The position numbers and the translations under genes are program-made. The notes beneath the pieces were generated by a model, which saw nothing but the letters and a program-made list of their open reading frames with translations, made no database searches and was not told the DNA's origin. From Eledone cirrhosa (Eukaryota): a DNA stretch of 64,000 bases. The DNA lies in contig OZ024741.1 in NCBI GenBank assembly GCA_964016885.1, forward strand, positions 238,080,001-238,144,000. Direction: 5' to 3'. Shown one piece after another: positions 51,531-64,000 of this stretch (positions are counted from its first letter, which is position 1; every line of letters begins with the position of its first letter).

Positions 51531-53239
51531 GTCTGGAATTCTTCATTAAACTTTAGCAGTAGAAATTTCTACAAAAGATAGAAATATTTAAATAAAACAT
51601 CTTATACTTAAAATAACAAATGTGTAAATGCTTTTTCTGCTTTTAATATACCTTCATTAGAACCAACTAAACAACTGAAAATATATCATTTGACTAACTA
51701 TAATAAAGTATATAGTTTATATATATTTCCTTGGAATATATATTATATGCCAAAGATTCAAGATAATGTATATATTACTATAAGTGTCAGCTGTAAATTT
51801 AATTTTTTCTCTCAATTGTTTATATGGAAACTTTTGTTTATTATTATAAGAAAACTAATTTTGAATGTTCTACTTTAAATTTTTATGCAGGTATGTAGCT
51901 TAGTGGTTACAGCATTAGATTCGCAATCATGAAGTTTTGAGTTCGATTGCTGGACAGGCAATGAGTTACGTCTTTGAGCAAACACTTATTTCACCTTGCT
52001 CTTTCTGCAATGGAAAGAAACATTGTTTCCTAAGTCTGTTTTGAAGAATTCCACGTCACACAATAAGCAAATGAGGTCTGGAATCTTGTTGATTGATCGA
52101 TTTTAAATTTACCATTGACAGGAAAGAAACAGTTATAACTTTTCAAGTTACAATGAGGTATTTTTAGACGGAAATATTTAGCATCTATTTGTAACAGATT
52201 AATTAAATAATACACCAAATGTCTAGAATACAATTCAAATGATACAATATGATAATGTTTAGTATTGAATAACAAATAAATATATATCGTCCAGTGTGGA
52301 ATATAAAAATCTAATCAGAGTTTTCAGGTAAGTTATGTTTCTTAGAAAGCTAATAAAACCAGCTTCAAATACACATTGTCTAATATAGTCAGAGTACCAC
52401 AAGATTTTGAAGAGGAGTATTGTGCATTAATTCAATCCACAGAACCTGACTGTAAATTGCTTGAGTTAATTAGAACACCCCTGTGTGGTTGCTACTTTGT
52501 TAATAACAAAAGTTAAATATCACTCAGATCAAACCATAGAATCTTGAAAATAAAAGATACACAAGTTGTATATTTGCTATACCTAAGAAAAAGTTGGGAT
52601 GGTCATGATTAAAAGGTTTTGTCAATATATCTGCTCAATTAAGCCTGTTTGTTGTTATTTAAAGACATCATTCTTTAGTCACTGGGCACTGTATTGGAAG
52701 AATCGGTAGAGTGTCTGACAGCATACTTTGTGGCATATAGCCCTTAACGTTCTGAGTTCCAATTTGTATTTTATGCTTACGGGTTTGATAAAATAAAGTA
52801 CCAGTAATGCACTGGGGTTGTTCAATCGTCTTGCCCCTTCTCTGTTACTAATGAAGATGAAGTAGTTAGTGTTAAGCCTGAGTTTGATTCCCCCAGTGTG
52901 TACTCTAGCCAACAAGAGTACTATCTACAGTTTCTTTATCTGCTAGAAACAGCAGCTACGTTTCTCTTATATCACAACCTATCATATATTCTAAGAACAT
53001 ACATATTAAAATAAATGATCATGACTGGAATGCGTTTAACATGGGCTTAAAAAAGACTGCAGCTCTGAGTAGGAGATCTAGAGAAAAGTGTTTAGTGTGG
53101 GGTTGTGCTGGGGTAAGAAACTGTAATGATGAGAACTTTAGGAGGGGATAATGCTCTAAGTAAAGATGGTAAAGAGTATGGTAATCCAAAGAAAATAAAA
53201 CCATTACAGTAATAATAATAATAATAATGATTTCTTAAA

Positions 53240-53460
53240 TAGGCACAAGGCCAGCAATTATAATAATAATTGTTTCTACTTTTGGCACAAGGCCAGCAAT
53301 TACCCAGTGTATTACTGGTACTTTATTTTATCGACACTGTAAGGATGAAAGGCAAAGTTAACCTCGGTGAGATTTGAACTCAGACCATAAAGGGCTGTAA
53401 CTCTTTGCTGCAAAGCATGGCGTCCGACCTTCTACCAATACTGCCAATCCATCGCCCTCA
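53240..53460 (-). mobile_element. tRNA-derived SINE in a (TAA)n tract
   Basis: Reverse complement of the SINE core and B-box; absent from the paralogous site near 44410. Confidence 0.75.
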
Positions 53461-55456
53461 TAATAATAATAATAATGATTTCTTATATGGGCAGAAGGCA
53501 AATGAAACCATTACAGTAGTAGTAGTAACATGTCTGCCTGTATGGTATGTCTGTAAGACTGAGTAGTACTCCAATGTAGGATGCACTTAAGGTTTATATA
53601 GTTCCTTTTAAAGTAATATAGTGTAGCATTTGGAATATAATTTTGGTAATACTATATGCAGTTGGAGAGAGAGAGAGAGAGATGGCGTTGTTCATATCTT
53701 GATAGAATGAGGTACAGACATGTTTTCTTGAAAAGTGTAGAGATTGTATCTTTGTATTGTAAAACAAGACTAGTGTCTCTTTTCCTCACTGTAGCATGTG
53801 TTGGAGATTTCTAAGTTGTATGTGACCTGCTTATCTAACAACTTAAGAAAGTGTAAATATGCCGTACAGATCTCCAGATACAGTACATCAAGAACAGTTA
53901 GAGATAAAACTACATGTGGTTATTGCATATGTATTTTTGCAGTAAATATTACACACATTAGCAGTTAATTGAAGGAGAATATGAGCCAATAATTCCACTT
54001 GGCTTTAGTTTGTACAGAAAGATTAGATGGCCTGGTTCATAAAATACTAGAAAACCAGTTGAGCAATCATTAGTTCATACTATGTCACAAACACATCATG
54101 TCTCTATGATCAAGGTACTTCATTCCCTATAGACAGGTACACCTAACAATGTAGCTAGCACAGGAGATGTAACTCACCCCTATAGGTAGAGGTTGTATCG
54201 TGGAATTTATGAGTAATTTATTACCTTTGAACGTCTCTTGCCAAGAGAGCTATGTAATCTTAAAGAAACTGGAGATAAGGACCAACACAATGGATACTTG
54301 CTATTACAAAAAGGTTTAGCTCTCATTAAATTAACTATGTAAATGTGTAGGGAAAACTGAGCTTAGACAAAATAAAAAAAGAGACGTTTGATGTTGAAGC
54401 TGATCAATATTCATTTAATAGAGCTATGATTGTGATGGGAAGTTATTATAGGGAATAATGAAATTACAGAATAAAACAATTCCTTAGAATGAGAGTAAAT
54501 CACAGTAAACCTATTATATTGTGTTCTAATGAAATTTAATTAAAGGTGTTTCGGCTTACAAAACTAAAGATTGACAGCCTAGATGGAGGATATTTTATAG
54601 AATTATTCAACTAATATCTTCATGTAATACTTTATATTAAACTCAACTAACATACAGAGGCATTAATAACAGTGGCACAATAGTTTACAAATTATGTGGA
54701 AATATTTTACAATATTATATTTTCTAGAGACAAAAAATGTTGAAAATATAATTAACTGTAATAAAAATAATTTTGATGACAATATCATCATCAATTTATA
54801 TCTAACAATAAACATAGTAAGATACCAAGATTAAATTCTATTTATCAACATTTAAATAAAAAACCTTCTGAATATCTTATTTACATAGAAATATAAAATG
54901 GATATTTAACAAGATATATATAGGGATAGTAATAATCTCGTAGACTTCATTAAAGCCATAGAAAGATTAAGATTTAAATATTCAATTATTACGGCAACAC
55001 AGATATAAATTATAATGGCATAAATTATTCATAAACAGTTATATAGTCTATCAATAAATATATATCCAACAGTTGAATAAATATATAGATGTAATATATA
55101 TATCTTAATAATATCGTGTTTGATTCTAATATTCAAATATGTAATCTATTTAGTGGTAATTATATGACAACTACTGCTGTTGTTTTTAATGGTGGAAAAG
55201 ATAGCTAGAGCCCTCTTGTCTCCAGTTCCTACAGGGCATACAGATATTAAAATGTTTATGATGATGATGAAGATATGTATCGAGAGAGATGGATAGATAG
55301 ATAGATATACAAGATGGTAGACATTTTAGCTATTATGCTTACTCTGTAATTCAGTATAATACATTTATATTTATATTATAAATATATTTGCTGTAATGAC
55401 TATGAAAAGGAAAGAAAAAGACATAGAGAGAGGAAGAGAAAGAGAGGGAGTCTTAC

Positions 55457-55750
55457 CTTCATTGTTTAATCCTTTACTGTAGTTGTGTATTATGGATGTT
55501 GTGTATCCTGCTGTAGTGTTCCAGTGTGACTGCTGCTACTGTGTTCAAGCATTACTGCTGCTGCTGTGGTGTTCCAGTGTAACAGCTGCTTCTGTAGAAG
55601 TGTAACTGCTGATGTGACAGTGGTTGTATGTAGTGGGAGGAGAGTTGTTAACCAGATGGTGTTGGGGTGGTAGTTACAACATGATGTCTTCCACACACAC
55701 AATAGTGTGTATGATGAACAAAGAAAAAATCTATCAGCCTCACTTTGAAT
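55457..55750 (-). other. Putative leader exon of protocadherin gene 5
   Basis: CAATGAAG|GTAAG donor; 3888-nt intron to the acceptor at 51569; CCAAT at 55781-55785. Confidence 0.65.
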
Positions 55751-56639
55751 ATTGAAAGAAATATATAAAATCTCTCTCATCCAATAGGAAATTACTGTAA
55801 TGTTATCAGTGTTACACAAACACATGAAATAATAGAATTCACATGTAAATGAAGCTACTTCATAGTATATATATAACAGCACAACATTAGAAGTTTACTA
55901 AGAATAATGAAATGATTTTCATTATTGATTTGGTATTAATTATTTAAAAATTCTTTACATTTTTACTTATTATTACTTATTTTGAATTTATGTAACAAAC
56001 TCTTAATGTTTTACAAGAAATATGTTAGAATATCATAATTTTGGGTAAGTATATTTAAGATTTATCCCTCCTGATGTAAATATTGGATATATAAAAGAAA
56101 GTCATTAATAAAATATTTCGCCATTAATTATGTCAATGTAATTACTTCTAATTTATATTTAACCCTTTAGCATTTAGCTTACTTTATATTTACAATTGTA
56201 TTTTCACGGTAAACACCTTACCTCACATAATATCGAATTTATGAGATTGATATTATCTGTTTTGAGAACAATACTTTAACATAAGGATGAGCAGCTGGTT
56301 ACAGCCAGTTTGCTAAAGGGTTAAATAATTAGGTCTTTTTCATAACTAACTTTCTAAACATTGTAATATATGAGAATTGAGTGGTATCAATAAAGTAAGG
56401 ATATTAACCCTAAAATAGGAGGTAAATTAGAAGAATTAATAAAGAAATATATTTGACCTATGGTAATATAACAGTACTTATAATATTTATGTATTAAAAT
56501 GTAAAATTAGGGAATATAAATGTTGACATTGGTGATCCTTTAAGAGTGAAGCATAGAGGTGATATATTTTTATATCAATATAAAGTATTCTATAACATTT
56601 GGTGTGTGAGAGAATCATTTAATAGTGATGGGACATCTA

Positions 56640-56719
56640 CTACGTTGGCTGTAGATAGGTATCTTGTACTTGTTGTCCCTTTTGTATTGTGACTGGAACT
56701 GGATTGTCATTGGTATATT
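56640..56719 (-). CDS. Pcdh: Protocadherin gene 6, terminal coding exon
   Basis: ttttccag| acceptor, (E)YTNDNPVPVTIQKGQQVQDTYLQPT*. Confidence 0.8.
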
Positions 56720-56878
56720 CTGGAAAATATAAAATATAGAAACAGAAATTATATTTCAATATAACAACTCTGTAAATATATAAACATTGATGTTATATTT
56801 TAATAAACATAACATTAAATATTGTGTTACAGTAATAAAGAGAATTACATTTATATGTTATGATTAGATAAAAGTTAC

Positions 56879-57026
56879 CTGGTTGTGCAGATATCTCTTC
56901 ATATGGTTTAGTCTTGCCAATACTCTTGTAACCTTCTCTGCTTTTTTGTGATGTTAAGGTGTCACTGTTGTAGTTAGACATGCTGAGACTGGTGCGACCT
57001 TCATGACTATGGATTGAATCACATCT
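56879..57026 (-). CDS. Pcdh: Protocadherin gene 6, second coding exon
   Basis: 148 nt, AG/GT bounded; lies inside ORF-track 56793..57068. Confidence 0.85.
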
Positions 57027-57261
57027 CTGTGGATTATAAAAGTCAGTAGAGTGAATCACAATATTCAATAGAAAAAGGTTTATATTTGTTATATAAAATA
57101 TTTCACGTACAACATAAGAGAGAAATTTTATAATAAATATTATTTATTAAATTCTACAAGTGGAGAGATGCTGCACTGAAATCTCACAGAACAGATGTAA
57201 AATGATGATGAGAATGACGATGATCAGATCAATAACAGAAATATTAAAAAATAATATTTAC

Positions 57262-59652
57262 CTGTGGAACTGGTGGAAGTCTCCTTTGTGTTGTTGAGAA
57301 TTTCCACTCATCTGGTAACTGTTCCATCTCTGGATAAAACTGACTTTTAGATTTTATTGTCTGAAGATTTCTGTTAAATATCTCTTCTGCATTTCTAGTT
57401 ATTGCAACAGGATTGTTAGTCTGATACAGTAATTGTCTCATCTCAGTCTGAGACAGAAAGTTTGAATTATCTGCTGTTGTAGGTGAGTTATTGGTGTGAT
57501 TAATACATCTGAAAACACACAGTGTTATTGACACTACAATAGCCACAGATATTATTACAGCTGCTGCTACAATGATAATTACCCAAGTCATATTGAGATT
57601 GTCACCAGTCTGTAAGTGGACAGCATTCAACATTGGAGATGTATCATTACTAACAAATAGTGTTAGTATGATAACACTTGTTGCTGATTGAACTGGACTA
57701 CCACCATCTTTCACTATAAACTGTAGGTCATATGTTCCTGCATCATTTTGGTAAACTGTCCGAGAGAAAGATAAGACACCAGTGTGGGAGTTGACTGTAA
57801 ACAGGTTTTTATCATTAGATCTCAGTATTCCATATGTGAGGAAAGCATTGTTTCCAGTGTCTTTGTCAGAGGCTTTCAGAATTGTGATGTCTTTCTTACT
57901 GTGTGGATGGTAGTGGACATCTAGATTGTAAGGGTCATTAATAGGAAAGGTAAAATAGGGAGCATTATCATTTTTATCTAGAATCTCAATAACAATATTG
58001 GCAGTGTCATTCAGAGAAGGTGTTCCATTATCTTTGACTAAAACCTGGAATTTATAGATGTCTTTCACTTCCCGATCTATTGATTGTGATGTAGAAATAA
58101 ATCCATATTTTGTAAGTTGGAAAGGAATGTTATCATTGTTGTTATCATTGATGATAGAATATGTAAGTTGACCTCCATCTTCAAGATCAGGGTCTGTAGC
58201 ATTGATGAAGCCAATAGGAAAGTCAACTTTCTGGTTTTCATAGGTGAGGAATTGGAATGTATCTTTGGTAAAATGTGGCTGTACATCATTTACATCAGTT
58301 ACTTTGACAGAGAAATATTTCTTAGTTTCTAGATGAGGTGATCCCATATCATGACATACAATGGATACTTTATAGTGATCTATAATTTCTCTATCAAGAT
58401 GTCCCTTAACAATCATTTTATATTCTTTAGAATCTATTTTGGCAAGTTTAAATTTATCATGTTTTAAGTCACAGCTAACCTCACCATTAGGTCCAACATC
58501 AGTGTCAGTGACCATAACATAAGCTATAAAACTATCAATTTTACTTGCTTCTGAAACTCCTGTGGAACTTTCTGTTAAAGGAGATACAAAATCTATATTT
58601 ATCACTGGAGCATTATTCTGGTTATTAATTATGTGAATTTGAACTGTGGTTACAGAACTAAGTTGAGGATTCCCTCCATCTCTGGCTTCAATAAATAATT
58701 TGTAAGATTTCATCTTACTAAAGTGAAAATTATCATGTAAAAATATCTCTCCAGTTTTCTTATCTAATACAAAATATTTTTGGGCATTTCGAGATGTTTT
58801 ATGGTTGAAATGATAAGAAATCTTTCTATTGTTTCCAGAATCTAGATCTGTGGCTTTTAAAGTAAGAATTGGTAAATGTCTTTGATGTGAATTATTTATA
58901 GATATGTTGTAGACTTTCTGTGAAAATACAGGTGTGTTATCATTAACATCTGTCACAGTTATGTGTACCTTGAGGGTAGCTGTTTGGGGAGGGTTACCTT
59001 TATCTTTAGCTTCAAGTGTCAACATATAGGAATCTTGTAATTCCCTGTCTAATTTCTCTTCTAAAGTTAATTCAGGTATGAAAACGCCATCATGTCGCCT
59101 TGTGATGGAGAGAGAGAATGGTTCTCTCTTACTTTTTCTAATAGTGTATGTAATTTGTGAATTTCTCATTGAAATGTCTTGATCAATGGCATTTGGAAGA
59201 GGAATTGTAGTCCCTTTACTATCTCTCTCTAGAAAATTAACCGTAACTTCATTCCTTGGAAATTCTGGTGGATGGTCATTGATGTCTTCTATAATTATTT
59301 TTATCTTCAATACCATCATAAATGTTTCTGCTTTCCTCACTGCTACTTTAACAATTCTGGAACATTCCTTGTTATATGTACACAGTGACTCAGCATCCAG
59401 TGTCTGTGTGGTGTATAGTTTTCCTGTGTTGGTGACATTGAATAAGTGAGAACCACTTGATACTGTCCTTTGTAGTTGTGTAAATGTAATGAGAGTGTGT
59501 TGTTGATGTGTAAGAGAGTGTGTTAAGTTAGAATCAACAGCAATGTCTCCTATATATGTGTAAAGACTGTCTTCTTCATTGACATGGTATGTAATGTCTA
59601 TAGACAGTACAATGTTTATCAGTAGACAGAGTAGACCAATATATGTTGTCAT
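57262..59652 (-). CDS. Pcdh: Protocadherin gene 6, large coding exon (797 codons, ~872 aa spliced); its leader exon is expected just beyond the right edge
   Basis: Six cadherin repeats plus TM; donor CAG|GTAAAT; acceptor 38 nt before ATG. Confidence 0.95.
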
Positions 59653-61549
59653 GTCTGGAATTCTTCATCACACTTTAGCTGTAGAAAATTCTACAAAAGA
59701 TATCAGACATGTATACAGATGAAGGAAAATTAAATAAAACAGCTGATAACTATAATAATAATTATGTAAATTCTACTTCTACTCCTTTTATACCTTCATG
59801 AGAACCAACTAAATTTAGAATATATCATTTGACAAGCTAGAATATAATATAGAGGTAGAGTTATTTCACTGGAATAAATATTACATTGTCAATGATATGA
59901 GATAATGTGCTTACTGTAAACCTTAAAAAACCCAGAGAAACCATCATTGAGATCAAAACTCATATTAGTTCAGTTAAATCATCATATGTCTAAGCTGTAA
60001 ATTTAATTTTTTCTTTCAATTACTTATATAAAAACTTTTAGTTGATTACAAGAACCATATTTTGAATGCTTTATTTTACATTTTCGTGAAGGCTTGTGGT
60101 TAGAGAATTGGATTCACTTATTGTGCAGTTGCAAGCTGTATTCCTGAATCAAGGGAATTGTTATGTCTTTGAGCAAGACACTTTATTTTTATGTTGCTCT
60201 TTTTACAAAGAGTTGAGACTGGTATATAGTATCAGTAATGGAAAGAAACATTGTTTCCTAAGTCTGATTTGATGAATTCCACACCACACAATAAGTAAAT
60301 GAGGTCTGGAATCTTGTTCATTGATCGATTTTAAATTTACCATTGACAGGAAATAAACAGTTGTAACTTTTCAAGTTACAATGAGGTATATTTAGACGGA
60401 AATATTTAGCATTTATTTGTAACAGATTAGTTAAATAACACACCAAATGTCTGGAATACAATTCAAATGATACAATATGATAATGTTTAGTATTGAATAA
60501 CAAATATATATCGTCCTGTGTGGAATACAAAAATACAATCAAAGTTTTCAGGTAAGTTATGTTTCTTAGAAAGCTAATGAAACCAGCTTCAAATACACAT
60601 TGTCTAATATAGTCCGAGTACCACAAGATTTTGAAGAGGAGTATTGTGTATTAATTCAATCCCTAGAACTTGACTGTTAATTGCTTGAGTTAATTAGAAC
60701 ACCCCTGTGTGGTTGCTACTTTGTAAATAACAAAGGACAAATATCACTCAGATCAAACCATAGAATCTTGAAAATAGAAGATACACTGGTTATTGGCGTT
60801 GTATATTTGCTATACCTAAGAAAAGGTTGGGATGGTCATGACTTGAAAGGTTTTGTCTACAGATCTACTCACTTAAGCCTGATTTGTTGTTATTTAAAGA
60901 CATCATTCTTTAATCACAAGGCAATGTATTGGAAGTATTTGTAGAGTGTCTGACAGCATACTTTGTGGCATATAGTTACAACCCTTAACGTTCTGAGTTC
61001 AAATTCCACTGAGGTTAGTTTTGTCTTTCAAGCTTACGGGTTTGATAAAATAAAGTACCAGTAATGCACTGGGGTTGATTTAATCGTCTTGCCCCTTCTC
61101 TGAAAATAGCATTATTTTGTCACAGGTGGAGTAGCAATGCCTATAATCATTGTAAGCTCTTTGTGACTAATGAAGATGAAGTAGTTAATGTTAAGCCTGG
61201 GTTTGATTCCCCCAGTGTGTACTCTAGCCAACAAGAGTACTATCTACAGTTTCTTTATCTGCTAGAAACAGCAGCTACGTTTCTCTTATATCACAGCCTA
61301 CCATTTATTCTAAGAACATACATATTAAAATAAATGATCATGACTGGAATGCGTTTAACCTGGGCTTAAAAAAGACTGCAGCTCCGAGTAGGAGATCTAG
61401 AGAAAAGTGTTTAGTGTGAGGTTGTGCTGGGGTAAGAAACTGTAATGATGAGAACTTTAGGAGGGGATAATGCTCTAGGTAAAGACGGTAAAGAGTATGG
61501 TAATCCAAAGAAAATGAAACCTTTACAGTAATAATAATAAAAATGATTT

Positions 61550-61757
61550 CTTAAATAGGCACAAGGCCAGCAATTTTGGGGAAGGGGAAATTCCATCAAA
61601 TCAACCCCAGTGCGTGACTGGTACTTTATTTTATCGATCCCGTAAGGGTGAAAGGCAAAGTTAACCTCGGTGGGATTTGAACTCAAATCATAAAGAACCA
61701 CATACTGAAAAGCATGGCGTCAGACGCTCGACCGATACTGCCAATCCACTGCCCTCA
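61550..61757 (-). mobile_element. tRNA-derived SINE
   Basis: Reverse complement of the core (CTGGTACTTTATTTTATCGA) and B-box (GGGATTTGAACTC). Confidence 0.75.
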
Positions 61758-61758
<1 letters not shown>

Positions 61759-61794
<36 letters not shown>

Positions 61795-62545
61795 AAATTA
61801 TTGTGTACAGTGCCCAGGTGCACTACAACTCATCAAAGGTGCATGTATAGTACATAGAATAATGTACAAATGTCAGGAAAGTGAACAGTGTATTAGTCAT
61901 GATATAAACACAGACAGACACACATGTGTGCATTTGTATGGAGGGGTAATATCAGGTGTAGTGTTGGCGAATGTCGGGAAGCATGTAAGTTTTGAAGGAT
62001 GCAGTGTCCTGACATCAATCAACTGATGCAGGTAGTTTGTTCCATACTTCAGGAATTCTGAGCATGAAAAAATGTTTTCGAAAATCATAGGAGCTGTACT
62101 GTTTTCTCATTCTGTAAGCATGTCCTCAGGTATTAGACATATAGAATTCAAAAAGGTGCTCAAGGTTGTTGGAAAGATGTTTAATAATCAACCAAGTCAG
62201 TTGTCAGGCGTTGCATCTTTAATGAATCCATGCCCAGTTACGTAAGGTGTTCATAGTATGGTAGATGTGTGATGGAAGGTATTTGTTTAGTTGCACATCT
62301 CTGAACAGTTTCCAGGACATCAATATTCTGAGCAAGATAGAGGTCCCAGACTAGTGATGCAAATTCTAAGTGTGGATGCACCATAGCTATATACAGCTTT
62401 AAAAAGATAGCTGGAAAGTGGCTGATAACAGCCTTACTGAGTGATGCTAAAACACTCTTGGCCTTCTTGACAATTTTAGAGATGTGCTTTGTCTAACACA
62501 AATCGCTGCAGACAATAATGCCCAGGTCACGTAAAGATGTTGCAG
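61759..62545 (-). mobile_element. LINE 3' relic (CR1/L2-like) with (ATT)n tail
   Basis: Minus strand reads RDLGIIVCSD near 62505-62535, decayed downstream, ending in (ATT)n; not present in the paralogous spacers. Confidence 0.5.
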
Positions 62546-64000
62546 AGATCTCGAGATACAGTACATCAACAACAGTTACAGATAAAACTACATGTGGTTA
62601 TTGCATATGAAATAATCTCCCTATTTTTGTAGTAAATATTATATAGATTGGCAGTCAATTGAAGGAAAATATGAGTCAATAATTCCACTTGAATCTGGTT
62701 TGTACTGAAAGATTAGATGGCCTGGTTGATAAAATACTAGAAAACCAGTTGAGCAATCATTAGTTCATACTATGTCACAAACACATCATGTCTCTACGGT
62801 CAAGGTACTTTATTCTCTATAGACAGGTACACCTAACAATGTAGCTAGCACAGAAGATGTAACTCACCCCTATAGGTAGAGGTTGTATAGTGGAATTTAT
62901 GAGTAATTTATTACCTTTCAACATCTCTTGTCCAGAAAGCTATGTTAGAGACTTAGCATCATATTGAGGCAAGGATTGTTTCTCATTCATGTAATCTTAA
63001 AGAAACTGGAGATAAGGACCAACACAATTGATACTTGTAATTATGAAAAGGTTTAGCTGGATGGTTGGTAACCTCTCATTAAATTAACTATGTAAATGTG
63101 TAGGGAAAACTGAGGTTAGACAAAATAAAAACAAAAGACGTTTGATGTTGAAGCTGATCAATATGCATTAGTAGAGCTATGTTTGTGATGGGAAGTCATT
63201 ATAGGGAATAATGATAATTACAGAATAAAACAATTCTTTAGAATGACAGTAAACGACAGAAAATATTGTTTGAATGAAATTTAATTAAAGGTGTTTGAGC
63301 TTACAAAACTAAAGATTCGAGACATCACAACCTAGATAGAGGATATTTTATAGAATTATTTAACCAATATCTTCATGTAATATTTTATATTAAACTTAAC
63401 TAACATACAGAGGCATTAATAACAGTGGCACAATAGTTTACAAATTATATGGAAATATTTTACAATGTTATATTTTCTAGAAACAAAATATGTTGAAAAT
63501 AAAATATTTCAGTGAATGTTGATGAAAAATAATATCTATCAATATACCTCAAAAAATATTTAGATATTTCAATCAAATTAATTGTAATAAAAATAATTTT
63601 GATGACAATATCATCAGTTTATATCTCACAGTAAACATAGTAAGACATCAAGATTAAATTCTATTTATGAACATTTTAATAATAAACATTCTGAATATAT
63701 TATTTACATAGAAATATAAAATGGATATTTAACAAGATATATATATATATAGGGATACAAATAATCTCGTAGACTTCATTAAAGCCATAGAAAGATTAAG
63801 ATTTAAATATTCAATTATTATGGTAACACAGATATAAACTATAATGGCATAAATTATTCACAAACTGTCTTACTGTCTATCAATAAATATATATCCAACA
63901 GTTAAATAAATATAGACAATTTGAACTATGTTACAGCAATATTGTATATAAAATATATAGATGTAATATATATAGCTTAATAATATCATGTTTGATTCTA

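Overview
AT-rich metazoan genomic DNA, most likely a coleoid cephalopod such as octopus (inferred from the protocadherin type and the SINE/LINE content). The window holds a head-to-tail array of six intact-looking, recently duplicated protocadherin genes on the minus strand, one every 8-12 kb, plus the putative leader exon of a seventh gene lying beyond the left edge. Reading splice signals by hand gives the same four-exon model for each gene. (1) A leader exon ending CAATGAAG|GTAAG below a conserved CCAAT-containing block. (2) A ~2.4-kb exon encoding signal peptide, EC1-EC6, TM and juxtamembrane tail. (3) A 148-nt coding exon. (4) A terminal exon with 80 coding nt. The predicted proteins are ~872-875 aa; the ORF-track C-termini such as VNITFNC are intron read-through. 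Variation is concentrated in EC2-EC3 and is mosaic between paralogs, while EC5-EC6, TM and tail are almost identical. Main observations: a splice-assembled uORF ending in an AUGA stop/start overlap with the protocadherin start; a cytoplasmic tail with RRLPPVP, YEEI, YTN and YLQP motifs; and an apparently Ca2+-free EC3-EC4 linker. Spacers contain R4-like, RTE-like and CR1-like LINE relics, tRNA-derived SINEs, a Tc1/mariner-type MITE and a non-autonomous Helitron. All exon and TE boundaries were read by eye; no transcript data were available.
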